A stretch of DNA of 61,829 nt, counting the filler, from Choristocarpus tenellus KU-1152 (taxonomy: Eukaryota; Protista; Phaeophyceae), in the NCBI GenBank assembly GCA_964200185.2. It is 9 parts of 9 records of this genome, joined end to end, with 100 filler letters (N's around TTAATTAATTAA, not from the genome) between each part and the next. Parts side by side here need not be neighbours in the genome. Positions count along the whole stretch, not along the records: positions 1 to 2,786 come from CAXNAD020024771.1; positions 2,887 to 19,537 come from CAXNAD020000799.1; 7 more parts are not named here. One strand, given 5' to 3'. The translations under genes and the position numbers were made by a program. The notes under the pieces are model-generated. The model did no database searches. It saw only the letters and a list, made by a program, of their open reading frames with translations, and had not been told where the DNA came from. Below are positions 1 through 14,900 of this stretch, piece by piece; positions within the stretch are counted from its first letter, which is position 1, and every line of letters starts with the position of its first letter.

Positions 1-137
1 CACCAGGGTGTCCATTTGGACCAAAATTGGGAAAGTACATTTACATCCGACGTATGCAACCAAATCACCCAAAAATCGTGATATGAAGAATTGACCCCAA
101 ATGGACAGCCGCCACCCCCTCCCAGATGCTTTGAGCC
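1..137 (+). mobile_element. MITE family B, 3' part (cut by window start)
   Basis: Reverse-complement homologue of 18793-18972. Ends in TIR CCCAGATGCTTTGAGCC and carries subterminal GTCCATTTGG / CCCCAAATGGAC motifs. Confidence 0.8.
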
Positions 138-1008
138 GGTGCTTAGAATTGCCATCTTCTGTCCAGTGCCGAGGAGGTGGAATTAGATTTTGTAATCCGG
201 ATAACTCTCCGTGTAGAGAGTTATCATTCCCGTCTCATTAGAAGTATATCATTCCTGGCATTCTTCTCTTCTACACAGCTTTTCTCTCTCTTGTTGCGTT
301 TTGTACGACATGATCCCGGCATAGTTTGATCTATCGTATTGTGTTGCTCTCCTCCTTTGTATTTCATTTGTTTGGGTTCAGGGATGGCCCATTTTAAGCA
401 GCGGCGCAGAGATTTAAGATGCACTGAAGATCACGTTGCCTTGATTATGCTAACACGCAGCCGTGCGGTATACGATCGAGCCAATGTTATGACAGAGAAG
501 GTATACCTTTCACGATCTCTCACATACCTGTTAGAAGGTATACCCTGTTAGATTGCTAAGTAATCTAATACTTCGTATCATGAATATTTAGACACTTGAA
601 GGTCAAGCAGGGAAGAACTGTCAAATCGGTGTATTGCAGTGCTGAGGGAGACAAGACTCCTAACAGTGGACAACTTTGGAATCCTGGAAGGCATCATCCC
701 AAGTATAGACATAGCCCCAACCCAATCGAGCACACTATCATCCGTTACTTGTAGCAGCGGTGACAGTCGCGCTATTTTTCCCCCGAAAACGTGTCAAGCC
801 CAGTCCCTCATCAGCCTTCGGGATATGGGAATGAAAACATGGGTTTTTGGACAGAGCAAGAAATCTAATATTCTTAGGCTCAAACAAGTCCGATATGTGA
901 GCAGTGGATATCGTCATGAGAGGATTTAATCTTATTGGCTCTTTATGACATGAAGGTTCGCTCTATTGGAAAAAATACGTACAATTGTTTCGTGCCCTTA
1001 TCACCCTA

Positions 1009-1600
1009 TTAGTTCATCTTAGTATCGACATTGTTCCCTGTTGTTTTCTCACATTGTGGACGGTTACTGCTGCTACCCGTCCTGTCCTTCCTTTCCCTCT
1101 TTGTTGGGCAACCATCTTCACCTACTACCCAGCAAAAGTTTTCTTTTGCTGCCGTTGTGACTGGGGCACTTTCTGGCCTACCCTTCCCGGATCCGGAGCA
1201 GGCTCCTCCTCCTCGGTTGAGAGCGGCAGCGGTTGAGGGCCGTATGTACTGCTTTGCCTCAACTTGCTGCACCACGGGATTGTGTTGCTTCAACATCTTG
1301 TCCACAGATAAAGATGAGGAGGAAGAGGTTAGGGGAGGGGGAGAAGACAGCGGTGGGTTTGGGAAATGGTGAGGATGATAAGACTGCGCTGCTACAGTCT
1401 ATATTTCATGCTACCAAAACCGGCGGGAGAGCAGGGAGGATAAGGGCAGATGGCGTGTTTCTGAGATCATCAATGTTGCGGTATCATCAATGTTTGGTTG
1501 TGCTTCTTTCCGTTCGAAGACGGACGGATCAACTGATTTGCTCCTGCTCCACCCTCCTCGTTCTTGTCACGGATGTGAATGCATTTGGTATTCCCGGTTC
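1009..1600 (-). pseudogene. Possible decayed retroelement gag-like sequence
   Basis: Stop-interrupted minus-strand frame ending in FCWVVGEDGCP, which resembles a degenerate CCHC zinc knuckle. No other diagnostic motif seen. Confidence 0.2.
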
Positions 1601-2748
1601 CGTATTCCACTCAACTTTTGTATGCAAGAATTGTGCATAGTTGATTGCATGTATGCAAGAGTTACATGATTATTCAGTTTCGTTAATATCGACATCCCAC
1701 ACCTGAGATGCTGTGAGAGACCAGGGGATGTAGGGTTGACGAATCGGAGGACGTTGACGCTCCTATCGTCTCTACCCTTCACCAACTTGGTCAAGGTCAA
1801 ACCTCTATCACCCTGTTCTCTGCACCTTTGATTTTCGTGCAAAAAATATGCTTGAATGAAACTGTCACCCTCCCTTAGGCCAAAATCCCAGAGTCAGTTT
1901 CCGTTATATATTGTTTTCGTTACGGAAAATTGCCAGTTACGTTATTCATTGTATTTCTGTCATTGATCCAACTAACTTTTTGGTTTTCGTGGGTCGTGTC
2001 ATAAAACCCATTAATGCTTCCCTACTTCATCCAAAATACCGCATTGTGCTAGAATAGTATATTTATAGGGGTAGCTCCATGCAAGAAAGAGTTTAAACGT
2101 CATGGGTGGGAATATGGACCGGCTTACACCCCAGCATTACTGTGCATATACTTTTGCATTTCTCAGAGATAACGGGGGAGGGAGAGGCAGTTGGGGCAGC
2201 CCAAAGATAGCATCACTTACAACTGAAGAGACAGAATATTGTATTGTGGGTAAGCGCCGCATATGTTCTCAATGACAATCCGGCGATCAGCAGTGCTGCT
2301 GTTCACAAGTCTCCTGTTCACAACCTGTCGGCAGGCGCAAGTACACCAGAACCCGTCACTTGTTGGTAATAGGTAGTGGGGGGCACACATGGACACCACC
2401 GGTGGAGCTACAAGCACAATTTAGAGTAGCTAACTAGAATACTTAACAACAGTTCCATATTGGCGATAATTTTATTGTTATGCTTTGCTCTGGTTACAAG
2501 CAAGCTGAATTGTATTTGCACCAAAAGACAGATCTTCCCTGCTAGAAGGGCCAGTATGTTCAGAATAGCGTTCGGATGTCTCTAAATGGGATATTTTTAC
2601 TGCCTAAGCCATGAAGGAACTGAATGCCCATCTGGTACTGGTTGTAGTCCTCAAGTGCTCATCGTCAGTAGGATTGAAAGACTTGAGCAGGGTAGGCGTC
2701 AGCAACTTGCCATTGACAACCCACAACCCAGTGGTGCAGGTGCAACCA

Positions 2749-2786
2749 GGGTCAAAGTATCTTGGGGGGGGGGGTGGTTTGTGAGG
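2749..2786 (+). mobile_element. MITE family B 5' terminus at contig end
   Basis: GGGTCAAAGTATCTTGGGGGGG matches the family B TIR; the contig breaks just after the G-run. Confidence 0.65.
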
Positions 2787-2886
2787 NNNNNNNNNNNNNN
2801 NNNNNNNNNNNNNNNNNNNNNNNNNNNNNNTTAATTAATTAANNNNNNNNNNNNNNNNNNNNNNNNNNNNNNNNNNNNNNNNNNNN
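2787..2886. other. Artificial contig linker (first of eight)
   Basis: N44-TTAATTAATTAA-N44 with stops in all six frames. Identical linkers at 19538-19637, 28092-28191, 33110-33209, 36675-36774, 39428-39527, 50097-50196 and 54622-54721. Confidence 0.99.
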
Positions 2887-2963
2887 CCCTGCTCATACCC
2901 TCTAAAATACCTTCCCTCTCAGGTGGCCGTTTCCCCCCCCCATCCCCACATGAAACCCTACAG

Positions 2964-5900
2964 GGCCGACCCAAGGCGCTATGCCTCCCCCTGCAGCACG
3001 CACCCCAGGTCATCACATGTTCGGAGGTGGGGAGGGGAGGCAAGGTGCTGCAGTTTTATCTGGCAGTCAGGAAGGGGGTGTTGGTCGTCGTTTCAGGTAT
3101 ACATCTGCTGGCTCAGTGTCGTCAATGACGCCTCACGCCACATATGGACTGCAAAAGAGACGTGCTGCCAAACTGGAGAGAGAAAAGGCTGCTCGTGCTC
3201 GAAAGGTGGAGTGACAGAGTTAATTGGGGTTGTTTGCATAATGGATAAGTACAGTACTCTAGGTTATTAGTGTCTAAAATTTGGTGCAATTGCATTAATG
3301 AATCACTTTTACAGGGCTCTAGATTGAAGCAGCATGAAACTAAATTGAGTGGAGAATTAGAGTGGAAATGAGGCAGGCAGGCTAATGAGGGCCTGGTGAC
3401 AAGAGGACCACAAAGACATCTGAGTTGAGATCGTATTGGCTGTTCTAGAGCCTGTGCTTGACATTGTGCTATGTATGCAGCATGACGCTATGCCATTTTT
3501 CTTGCCTATTTTTTTAGAACATACCTGTACAAATCTATGCCAACAATTTGGAAAGTGTGGATGTTTCCACATATTTCCTGAGACCATTGCCATATCTTCC
3601 TTAAGTCTGTATTGTATATCTCACTCCTTCTTCCACTTGCTTTCCTCCCCTATTCTATTTCCACAAGAATCAGGCATTTCTTTTTCACCAAATGGTGCTA
3701 TCAGCCACCAAGGACTATTTCACCCCTACACAAATGATTAGCTACCATACCAAGTAGGGTTAGAGAGTATGAATTGACTCACTGTTAAATATTGGGTTGA
3801 TTGGCCTTCTCCCTAAAAGCATGATTCACTGTGCTTGCTTCTTGCCTACTGTACCTGCCCATGTTGAATCACCTACTACCCCATCCAGTGGATGTCATCC
3901 ATACATGCTCACGCCAATACCTCCATATCTCTATCTGTATCATACTGTTCTGAGCTCCCATATGATTCCATGCAGCACAGATTCCACTGGTGTTAATACC
4001 TTCTGCAATCCTCAGGTTTATGCACCGACTCACCACACCTCAACATCCCCTGTGCATATCCAACTCCCAGGGAACCTGACTGTACCCCTGTTTTCTTGAA
4101 ATACACATTTTAATACAAGTATGTACCATGGATCACTACCCTTCAACCCCCTCCCCCCCTGGTCCCCTTGTCTTGCCAGTCGGTGATATACCGCAAGTAC
4201 CGTGATGGTGAGCTTCCAGACATTCAGATCAAGCTTGGAGATATCCTGCGTCCACTGCAACACTTGGCCATGCTTGATGGGCAGGTGGCTCGTGAGGTGT
4301 TCGTTAGGTTATTTCAGGTGCTTATATAAAGCTCTCCTTCTTTCCCTTCCCGCCTCCTTTTTTCGTCCCTGTCCCTCTCCACCCTCACTGTCGTCACTCA
4401 TACGACTAGGACCAAAGGTCCAAGGGTATGGTGTGGGGATATGCAAATATGCATGGGCGTTGTGCAGCAGCAAGGAAGAATCTAGCTGCTTTTCCCCAAA
4501 CATATGCATTGATGACAATATTTGTGATATTCTGCTAAAAGTACATTTATTCTGCTAGATCTGGAGATGTTGCCAGTAGGTCTCATTTCTCACTTCTTCG
4601 TCTGTTCAGGATTGTGGTTGGGGGATGTTACACTGTACATTGCATGTATTTTTTGTTAGCTAAGCAGATAATACTAACTGATACTCCTCCCCCCCATGCT
4701 TAGAGTAGAAACATTGTAGTAACCAATGGTTATTGTGAACCACAATGAGAGGAATGGTTAGTAGAGATCTACACCAGATTATATTCAACAACAAGCTCAT
4801 CATATGCCCTATTCATTTTCCCATTGCATTAATCTAAACTTCCCCAATACGAGAGTCAATACTTGTACCCCACTTCTTATCCCTAGTCTCACGTTTATCT
4901 CACCCATCAATGCCTGATCATGAAATTATGATGTTCAATATACACATATCTCACACAGGCGATATATGCGGGCCTTGGTGACGAGGGCAAAGATGCTTTT
5001 TCCCAAGATCAGGTCGATTCACCAGGGTGGAGGAAGAATACAGGATCCCTCCTTAGTGCTGGTTGTGAGGGAGGCAAGGCGAGCAAGAAGAAAGTCGCAC
5101 AGCTTCTGCAGCGAATGCTCAGAGCTGCCAGGAATGATACGGTGTGTTGAGTCTGTTTTTTTGTAGTGCCAGGGGGAGTTGTGTTGGCTGGTACAGGGGG
5201 GGAATATGAAGATGAAGGAATCTAAGTGTGGAAGTCCTGATGAACATCAGGCGACTTCTGTTACTCTCTCTTGCACCAAACCCGCTCTTCCCCACTCCTT
5301 AGCATTTTTTCCCCAAGTTCGACTTGATTATTGTAGTCATTGTGCCGTCCCCTCTAGACTTACTGATGTTCATATCTAGACAATAGTGAAGGACAACTCC
5401 AGGAGTCTATTTGCCAATGTGTATCTACAGTGCCATGTGATATATTGATGCAGAGCCTTCAATTCTATTAACATGTTGCCCTAAATTGATGCAGTTCTAA
5501 GGTATTCACACAGAACAGGACACCTGGAGCTCAACTACAGAGGTCGCAATACATGTTCTTCGCGCCAATTCTGAGTCCATTTTTGTATCATGACTCTTTG
5601 CTCTCTTGTCCCTTACGTTGGTTTGAGCATGCATGGAGATCCAGACTACCTAGCCTCCTTGTGCAATGAAATCTGATTTTTACCCCAGTCAAGACTAAAG
5701 AGTGGTCTTCCATACAACTGATGTCCTGCCCTAACCCCGGCACCCAATCTCCCAAATGCCATACCTCACTTCTTCTTTCAGGATGTAGTTGCCTGCCTTC
5801 ATGCTGCTTGTAGGGCTACGGCTTTGCAAGCACCTACTGTCACCTCACCAGATGACGATGATTCAGCCATCACTACCGGTGTTGCCAGCGGAAAAAGGAA

Positions 5901-8900
5901 GGGCAGAGGCAAGGCTTCTATATCTCAACCGAAACGATCTCGAAGCCAAAAGCGATACGAAGACTCTGATCATCCTGTGGCAGTGGAGAGACTAGTGCAG
6001 GGGCTAGGGGAGGCCCAAAATCCAGAGGTGCAAATAGAGGACAGAGATATTGTGGGGCCAAGTGGGGCAGTCTCATTGCCCCCATCTCTTGTGGCAGACA
6101 CCGCTATCTCCAGCCTTAACCTCCACTCAGGTATTGTGCTGTTGGAAGAGGCCCTTATTCGAGGTAAGACTGGCAAGTGCTCTCTTTTACCCCTTGAAGT
6201 TGTTGGACATATTCCTAACCGGAAGCAAGCTGGCAAGATTAGAGGGATGGGGTCAGGGTCAGCAGTGGGGGTGGGGTTGGAGAGCTTTTCAGAGGCAAAT
6301 CAAGACCACTGGCTGCAACTCTCACGTCTGTATGCAGCCCTGGGGGAGAGGGATGTCCTGGTGGGACTTTCAGCACGTGCCAGCCGCCTGGAGCGCACAA
6401 GGTCTGTGTGTGAAAGACTTGGTTAAATTGGTCTGTTGGAAACAGGGGAGGAGAGGGGAGATACTCTGGGGCAGTGATTGGTCATTCCGCTTTAACCACA
6501 GAGCACTCATGACCGTACCTGGGTATATCATCAATAGTTTTTGTTACTTCCTGTCATTGCGCATATTTTTTGTTTTCTTGCCCCTTGGGTACAGCTTCGC
6601 CCACCTCATTTATTATCATAGCACACCCTCCGTTTATTGCCTATCACCTGGTCAATCCTGATCCAAGCAAATGTTCATCTTCCGTTGAACTACTACTACA
6701 TTTGTTCGGGGTGGGTTATGTAACATCTTTTGTTGTTGCTCTAGCCTTACAATAGAGACCCACAGGATACAACCTATAGTACTTCCTCAACTTTGCATCT
6801 CATTACCTCTCCACCACCCACCCCCAATACAACACCCTTGCCTCTCTGCACCCAATGCCTATCCCACGCACCCCCATACTTTTGCAAGAGAGGCACTGGA
6901 AGAGGAGCTTGCAGGAGATTTTTCTGCAGCGCTTGCAATATACAGTGACCTAGCCAGGAAGCATGATACTCGCTTTGAACCGGACAGTGAAAACATTGTG
7001 GATATGACAGATGGAGACAATGGTGAAGGGGAGGCTAGTGCAGCAGAACTGACTACCTGGGACCTGCATCAGTTGGAGTGTATGCGCCAGCTTGGGAAGT
7101 GGAAGGTGGCAAGAGAGTTGGGACGGCGGATACCTGGCAGCAAGTATTTCTTCTGCTACATATTATGACTGACCGCTCTAGCAGTAATCCAGGATATCAA
7201 AACGCACCCATGTATTTCCCGTATCTCTCTGTATCACCATCTTTTACCCCTCCATACCTCCCTCTGTACACACACACGCCACACACAATACAGCCATCCC
7301 TGCACTGCATAGTACTGCCAAAATATATGGCATCCACCCTCTTGTTCAGACTCTTCACCCCACATCCGTACATCCATAAATTAGGTTGGAAGTATTACCC
7401 TGACCACTTGAGGACATAAGTATTAAGTGGAGAAAATCATTTATACTAACACTAACCCAACTAGAATCTTCATTCCTGGTTCCCAAAGTTGGTCTACCTG
7501 CAAATCCAACTAACGATATGCCCCTATCCTAATTGAATTGGGGAAGCATTTTGGAGAGATTTTGTTTCATAGCTCTACCCTGCCCATAGTATCAACCCTG
7601 CTCCCTACCCAATAGGTTTGTCCATGTTGCATAAATTGAAGGGCTTATGGTGGTAGCCTTGTTTCATCACTTCTGCGCCCTTGAAGTGTGCCCAACTGAT
7701 AAAATGAAAGACCCAGAGCTACAAAACCAAACATACATTGTGTTCTATGGTCATTAATAAGCCCTCATCGATAGCTTGATCTTATGTATTGGTTACCTGG
7801 AGTCATGTTCAATTCATGCTGGATGTACTGAGTGGTGTAAAGCATTGCGAAGATTGAAGGATATGATTGACTGCTGGAGTCAATGTTTCTGATCAAAATT
7901 AGTCGAGAATGGTGTAATAATGAGATTCGTATATCTTTGTGTCACTTATCTCAAACAGTTTTTAAGCATGCAACGATGATTTGTGATTAAGAAATCCTTT
8001 CATTTGTCGTCAGAGTAAGACCATGCACATCGTCAGTATACCATCCAGTCAATTTCCAAAGAGATATGAGGAAGGCACATTGATTCGGTACGGCTACACT
8101 TTGGACAATCAAAGTAGTACTCTTAGTCTCTTTTTGAGTGAAGATGTCTTAGAGGGTGGGAGTTTTGCCCTGTTTGTCCATCTGGGGCTTGGCACGTGTA
8201 TTTTATTACATTTTCCTACTCCGAAATGTTTCAGAGTAGGCAAAATGTATACTTTATGAAATGGTGTGTTCGAAACAAGGATATTGACACTTCCTAACAA
8301 ACACAATAGCCAAAAGTACATCAACATCGCAACATTTGATTTTGATGCCAAAATGGACGTGGCCCCATCCTCTTAAGATACTTGTTCTTTTTGGTTTATC
8401 TGTACAAGGTTCAAACCTTGTCACATTTCTATTAATTTCCCCTAGTGTTATTGCCTGCTTCAAGTGCACCGCCGACTTGAACCTCAACATCCTGATCCAA
8501 GGCCCTACGGTAGATTCATTGTCCTAACTCCCAGGCCGAATCCAGATAAATATCTTAGCTGCATCTGCAATTTAACCCAATGTTCTACTTACTCACTAAA
8601 TGCAGGATCTGAAGGAGAGTGTGCTTATCTTAGCATCTGAAAGTTTTGATGAGGATGAGAGTGAAACTAGCAATGCTATCATTGGGAATGATGCTAAAGA
8701 TATGCTGTGGTCAAATCCATTACAACGTGATCAAATTCTTCCGTACTATGTTTGGTCCATGGTGCATGATGAGGAGAGAGACTTGGGCGAGCTGAAGGCG
8801 TTCTTGGAGGTATATATTGCCATGCTAAGTGTTTGTTTTGGTGTCATAATTTGTCTCTGGAGTGGGGACTAGATTGGTGTCAGATATTGCATTGTTCAAT

Positions 8901-11900
8901 GGTAACATACTGCTGTGCATGTCAACAAAGGGATTCTAACTGGTTACTTTGGTTCTGTAGATCAGTCTTGATGTTGGGAATTGACCCAAAAGGTTTCAAA
9001 GGTCAAGTTGAAGACTTGTTGACTATCAAGAATGGAAAATAAGTTCTATTTGAGTATATTATCCTCTCTTTTATGCAACTTCAGTTCATGTTCACCTCGC
9101 AGGCTCACAAATAAGGAGAGGGCAGAGAGAAATTTGGAAAGAGAGGGAAAAACACCATCACATCAATCTACCGCCAAGCACAGTGCAACTAATTTGTCCC
9201 ACCATCAACGTGATCTCTATTTCCACTAAAATTTCATATTATCATCCCCTTTGATGAGAAATATACTACACACCAAACAGTAACAGCAGTGCCCCAATCT
9301 AAGCAAGCATGTTTTCCACTGTTGTGATGCATCCGAAATCACTTTACTCAACGCCTCACAAGCGTTTACTACAACATAAAATTGAAAAAAAATAGGCAGC
9401 TACCTCGTCAGATGCCCCTCCTATACGCCTGGACCCTTCTGACCCCACTGGGGGATCCATGACAAGACTGAGATGGCTGGAGCAAAACCTACCAGGGGAG
9501 CTGGCCCGAGCTTGGTTGATTAAGGGGGATCTTGGGCGGGCTCACCAGGTCAGCAATAGATTTTCATAGTCGTCCCATAGGTCTAACCTTGGTCTCGATA
9601 TTTTCCTTGCAGTAAAACTCTATCTCTCTAAGATTTTGTGGCATCTCTCAAAGGATTATTTTGATGTCCCAAAGACATACTTTTTGCCAACCCATTAATT
9701 GCAGCAAGAGTTCATGTAGTGGGTGAAGCGAACTATATTCATTTTCATAGAAAACATAACTATTCCAGAGAAGTTGGCAAATAGAGAAAATCTGAACCAA
9801 ATATCTAGAGTGTTGACCTAGTGTGCTGAACCTCGAACAAAATACCCTGACATCCCTCTTACTTGAATGATGCATGTTGCTAGTGTCATCCCTCAGGATA
9901 TAAACCACTTCACCCTATGATTTGCTATACGCATCTAGTGCCTACTACCAACCCAATCGTTTATCCACAACTCTATTTTGGATCCAGTCTTATGCATGTA
10001 GTTTGGTCACATGCTTAACAGATGACTCAGTCTCATCTTAGTTCCTAAATTTTATCATTGCCACAAATACTTCGATTTATCCACTCTCCTGCTAAACAAC
10101 ACCAATTTGCACCCCCGTCCCTTCACGACCCTTACTCTCAACCCTTCCAACCGTTACTACTGTTGAATATGACCGTGTTCAGTGTGTATCCCTCTGCTAT
10201 GATCGTTTCCTGGAGAGATGGTCGGGCCTTCACCCCTGCGCTGATGCAGCAAGGAGGGAGCAGCTTCGTGGCCTGCAACTAGTGGTAGAGGTAAGACCTG
10301 ATATTAAGTGCAGAAGTTTGTCTGCACAGAAAATTTTCTTCTGGGGTGAAGGGTTCTCATCCTGCCTGCAAGTTCTTTTTATTTTCTTCTGTTTTTTGCA
10401 TGACATGTGTGCATTGGTTCTATGTTTCCATGCAAATCTGAAGTCACTCTGATGGGCAGCTTTCCTTTTGGATGTCAGGATTATAGAGTTTATACTTTGG
10501 AAGACGGTGTCATCCATGGTAATGTGCATGCATGAATACCCCTCTGTCATTGCAGGAACTCTGTGCACAGGGCTATCCACATATTTGTGTACGTGTGCTG
10601 GTATTTTGTGGGTTTTCAAATGCTTACATTAGGGTCATATACTTCTGGTTGACCCATAGATCCTATTACTTCATGCAATGCCTTGCAGTAGAGTATGGTG
10701 TGGTGTTTAGAGGTTCAAGAGAACAGAATATAAATGTCATGTGGATGCCTCACATAACATGGGTTCAGATGAATTTTGATGATGGATAATTGTGATAAAT
10801 GTGTACGCATTTTGGGTATGGACTGAGCTGTAGTTTTTGTTTTACCTTCTAGCCCCTAGTTTGTGGGGTGTATTGAACCCATAACAATTTTCACTGTTCT
10901 TTATTTCAACGCAAGAAGTTGTACAAAGGATTACCCTCCACAGTATCCCTCCACAATTGACAATCTGGCAGCACTTTGTTGGAGTCACACCTAGGTTCAG
11001 GACTTGTGCAATCTCCCCACTCGCCATAGGGCACACCTCCTGTGCCTCCTTAACTTTCCGATGAAAAACCTGCCCATTCTCTATTTTGAAAAGGTTGAAG
11101 ACTATCTTTCTTTCCACGACACCTGGGGAGGGTATCCATGCCAGGAGAGGAATATTGACAAAGAAACTGGTCGCAACTCTCTCAGCAGCAAGTCAATTGC
11201 CACAGCAGACCCTCATAGGCACGTGCAGGGGTTGCTGAGGAGATGGTCGGGCCAGCTCCCTTCACGTCAATTAGACCCAGTGGCATCATGGAATGCAATT
11301 ATTACGCACAGAAAGGATTGCTTACAGGACATCCATGTAAAGAAACAGGGTGGATTAGGGAAAAGACATGGATTTGGAGGGTGAACATATATCGAAAGAG
11401 AAACTTAAAATTGAAGAATGAGTTGATTAATCAAGAATAGTTTGATACATGTGCCTGGTCTGATGACGTTTTTTTCTTATTTCCCACTTGGCAAGCAATT
11501 TGGCCGTGTGCAAGCATGATATAGGATACATATATCAATAAGGTATGCACAGGAAGGATTTGATACAAGGCCCACATGTTATTGAATCTTGTAGAGTTGA
11601 GAGCAGGCCTAACTCTTCTTTCCAACAGTAATTCTCACTTGCCTTATTGCCATGATTAGTTCCCTTGCCACCTTCATGTGAACAATTTCTTTTCTTACCC
11701 TTCTTCCTCAAACGATTTTTAACAAGATGTTTGTGCTGGAGAGAGCATCAAAAGCTGAATCATCAAGGTGCAAGGTGGACATGCTTTGGCACAGGGGAAA
11801 TCTCGCACTTGCAGCTGCAGGTTTGAAAATTCAACATTGATCTCGTATTTGGACATACCGATTCTTGTTGTAAATTTGTAACCCTTTTCACCTTATTAAC

Positions 11901-14900
11901 AACATTTTGTCTTGTGTCTATAGTGCCAGCAGCTGTATGCGGACACACTCAAGTTTGCACCTTGTTTCTTGATGGTTGAGGTCCCCCATCCAGTTACTCG
12001 ACAAAACCTGTTTTTCCACCCTACCCAAACCATGCCTTGTTCTCTAAAGGGGCATCCATTGCACAGGGTGTGCATCAAGTGGCCGAGAGAATGATTATAT
12101 CTTACACAGATATCAAGAAGCACATCAGACAACTGTCGACCTTAGAGAGCAGGAGTGATTGGGGAGGAATCAGCGGTGGGGGCATGTATGAGGGCAAGGG
12201 TAGTGATGACTGGGATCTGGACCTCACAATGAGCACTGTAGACTACAATCGGGCTGTATTGGAGCGTCTTAAGCTCAAGAAAATTAGGTAAAAGCGGTTG
12301 GAAATAAAAGGCACCAGCTTATGTTAAATTTCAAGTTAGTGATGGGTGCACTGTGGATGTAGTGTTGAGGGGGTTCACGTAGTGTAGTAGCTATGAAGGT
12401 GAAACATATCATATTGATTGATGGGGGATCTAGAAAAATTGATTAGGTGAAATTGGATTTTCGTGCCATCCTTACTTGCCAAAAGGGAGGAAAATTGCTT
12501 GACCATTACTGCTGTAACCTTTGGCTTTCACTCTACTTGTTGCAGACAATGCGCAGGTTTCCCAGTTTGAGTGCGCGTCACTCAGCATTTCATCATTAGA
12601 TTGTATTTGTTCGACCATTTGTTGTATCTCAACTCTCTCCAGCCATCCACACCATCCTAGGTATCCTGCACTCACTCTATCCCATGCATGCCATTCTAAT
12701 GCACAACCCCACTGCCATCAAGTGATCATTTCCAAATATTTTCTACATAAAGTCTTGGCACACCCTGCCACTGAGTGAAAGTATCTTCGAGGGTACGAGT
12801 TTTGCCCTGCTTGTCCATTTGGGGCTTGGCTTCCCTCGGGGCTTTTATGACATTTTCCTACTCCAAGAATATTCAGAGTAGGTAAAGTGTGTATGTTATG
12901 AAAAGGTGTGTCTGGAACAAGGATATTGGCACTTCCTAACAAACACGATAGCCAAAATTACATCGAAATCGCAACATTGGATTTTGGCTCCCAAATGGAT
13001 GCGGCTCTACCCTAACCCTAAGGTACTTTGACTCGCTCACCATGAACACTCACCTCTATTACAAAGTGTGTATCCTACCCTTATTTTGTGTTTGCTACAA
13101 TTACCATTTTCCCTCACTATCAGATCTCTAACTAACCTGAACCATCCTTTCTGCCAATTCCCCTATTCACCCTACTCTGCTCCATCCAGGAGTGATCATG
13201 ACGTCAGCACACTCCGCGGCAAGAAAATTTCCAACACCCTCAGGGTTCTCAGAGGCTGCTTGGCGCGAGAAGAAGAAAATTCTGCTGAGGTAGAAGGGGG
13301 GTTCAAAAAGATTTCTGGAAATAGCATGAGAAACTGGAGCGATGGCAGCACGACAGTGGTATGGGATGATAAAAACGCGGAAGCAAAGTACACACGAATG
13401 CGACTGCTAACGTTGCAGGGGGAGTGGCTAGAGGCTGAGGGGTCGCACAGGCGTGAATTGGGGGAAGGGGGTGAAGGATGGGGGGGAGGCAGTCTGTCCC
13501 TCCGGGAGGCACTACTGAGTCATGAGAAGGCCGCTTGGATAGGTATGCTCAACGAGACTGCTCTATGAATTGTGTATGGCAGTGGGGGCTGTTGACATGC
13601 TGGTGATGCTGTATCAGTATGTGAAAGTATAGAAGTACAAAGGGTCTTTGGATTCCTCAAGCTCAGTCGTCTGGAGTAGTTTGTCTTTACATGTGTTTTT
13701 TGAGGGACAGTGATGACTGTGAGCTGGAAGACAGTCATGTGTTGGGAGTTGGGTTTTTTGGTAAGGCATGTTAGGAGCATATGAGAGAGAAGGGTGAGGG
13801 GGAAATGGGGGGGTGGGGAACTAAATTAGTTAATAAGTTAATGGAGGGTCTAATGTGAAGAACATTGAATGCTATTGATCTATCTGGGCAATGTTGTCCA
13901 AGGTTCTGAGAAAGGGAAACTTACTTTGTCAGTGTTCTAGGAAATGTCTCCAACATCAATGTACATTTCCCTCTTATTGACCCAATCATCTAACACTTGA
14001 TGCTCCGGTTGATGTGGTTCTCTTTCTCAGGCCAGGAACTGATTTCATCAACAGTAGGGATGAGGGGGGGACCATCCATGTCCAAGGTAGTCTTGGATGC
14101 AGCAGGGGAGGCAATGCTTCGACTTGCCAAGGTATTTCTTTCTGATAGAAAAAAGTAAATGTTTGAAAACTACCTTTTAGGTAGAGCAAATAATGTTGCC
14201 TAATCATATCACATTCGTTAATTGAAACTTCATCTCTGCTTGCCACTGTGTTGTGGTCAGTTTACATATGACAAGGCAGGACGTGCTCAAATCGAATCAA
14301 GGGCGATAGCATGATCCCCCCTGATACCTTGGACAGAATAGCTAGGATGGCACTCTTTGTGTCACTGCCCAATTTTAACCCCTTGGCCACAGGCTGAGCT
14401 TTCTACCCCTATCCCCAACCCCAATCAACATCCCATTCCTGCATGACCCAACACCCTCCCTACTACCCCCAAGTATACCCCGCTCTCATTTTACACTTCC
14501 ATTGAACATATGCTGATGCCAGTCTTGCCTCCATACCTGCATTGGCAATGTTAATTCACAATCTCATGCCAGCTTTGCGAAGATATGATCCCTGACTGGA
14601 GTAGGTATGGAATATCTGAAGGAGAGGCAAGCAGGGATGACGATAATCGCAGTGGCGCTTACCAGAGAACGGTTTCAGGGGCTGACACCCGTGAGAACTT
14701 GGCAGCCCTGTCAGTTCAACACTACATGCATGCTCTTGCTGCAGGGTGAGATGCTACATGAGGGGAGAGTAAAGTGCAGCCTATGCTGATACTAATGGTA
14801 GAGATTGGCAGCATTAAAATTATGTTGCTTTATAAACTGAATTCAATTTAAACAATTCGCATGGCAGTCCTTCCAGTTGAGGTGTTTTTGAGGGAAAACT

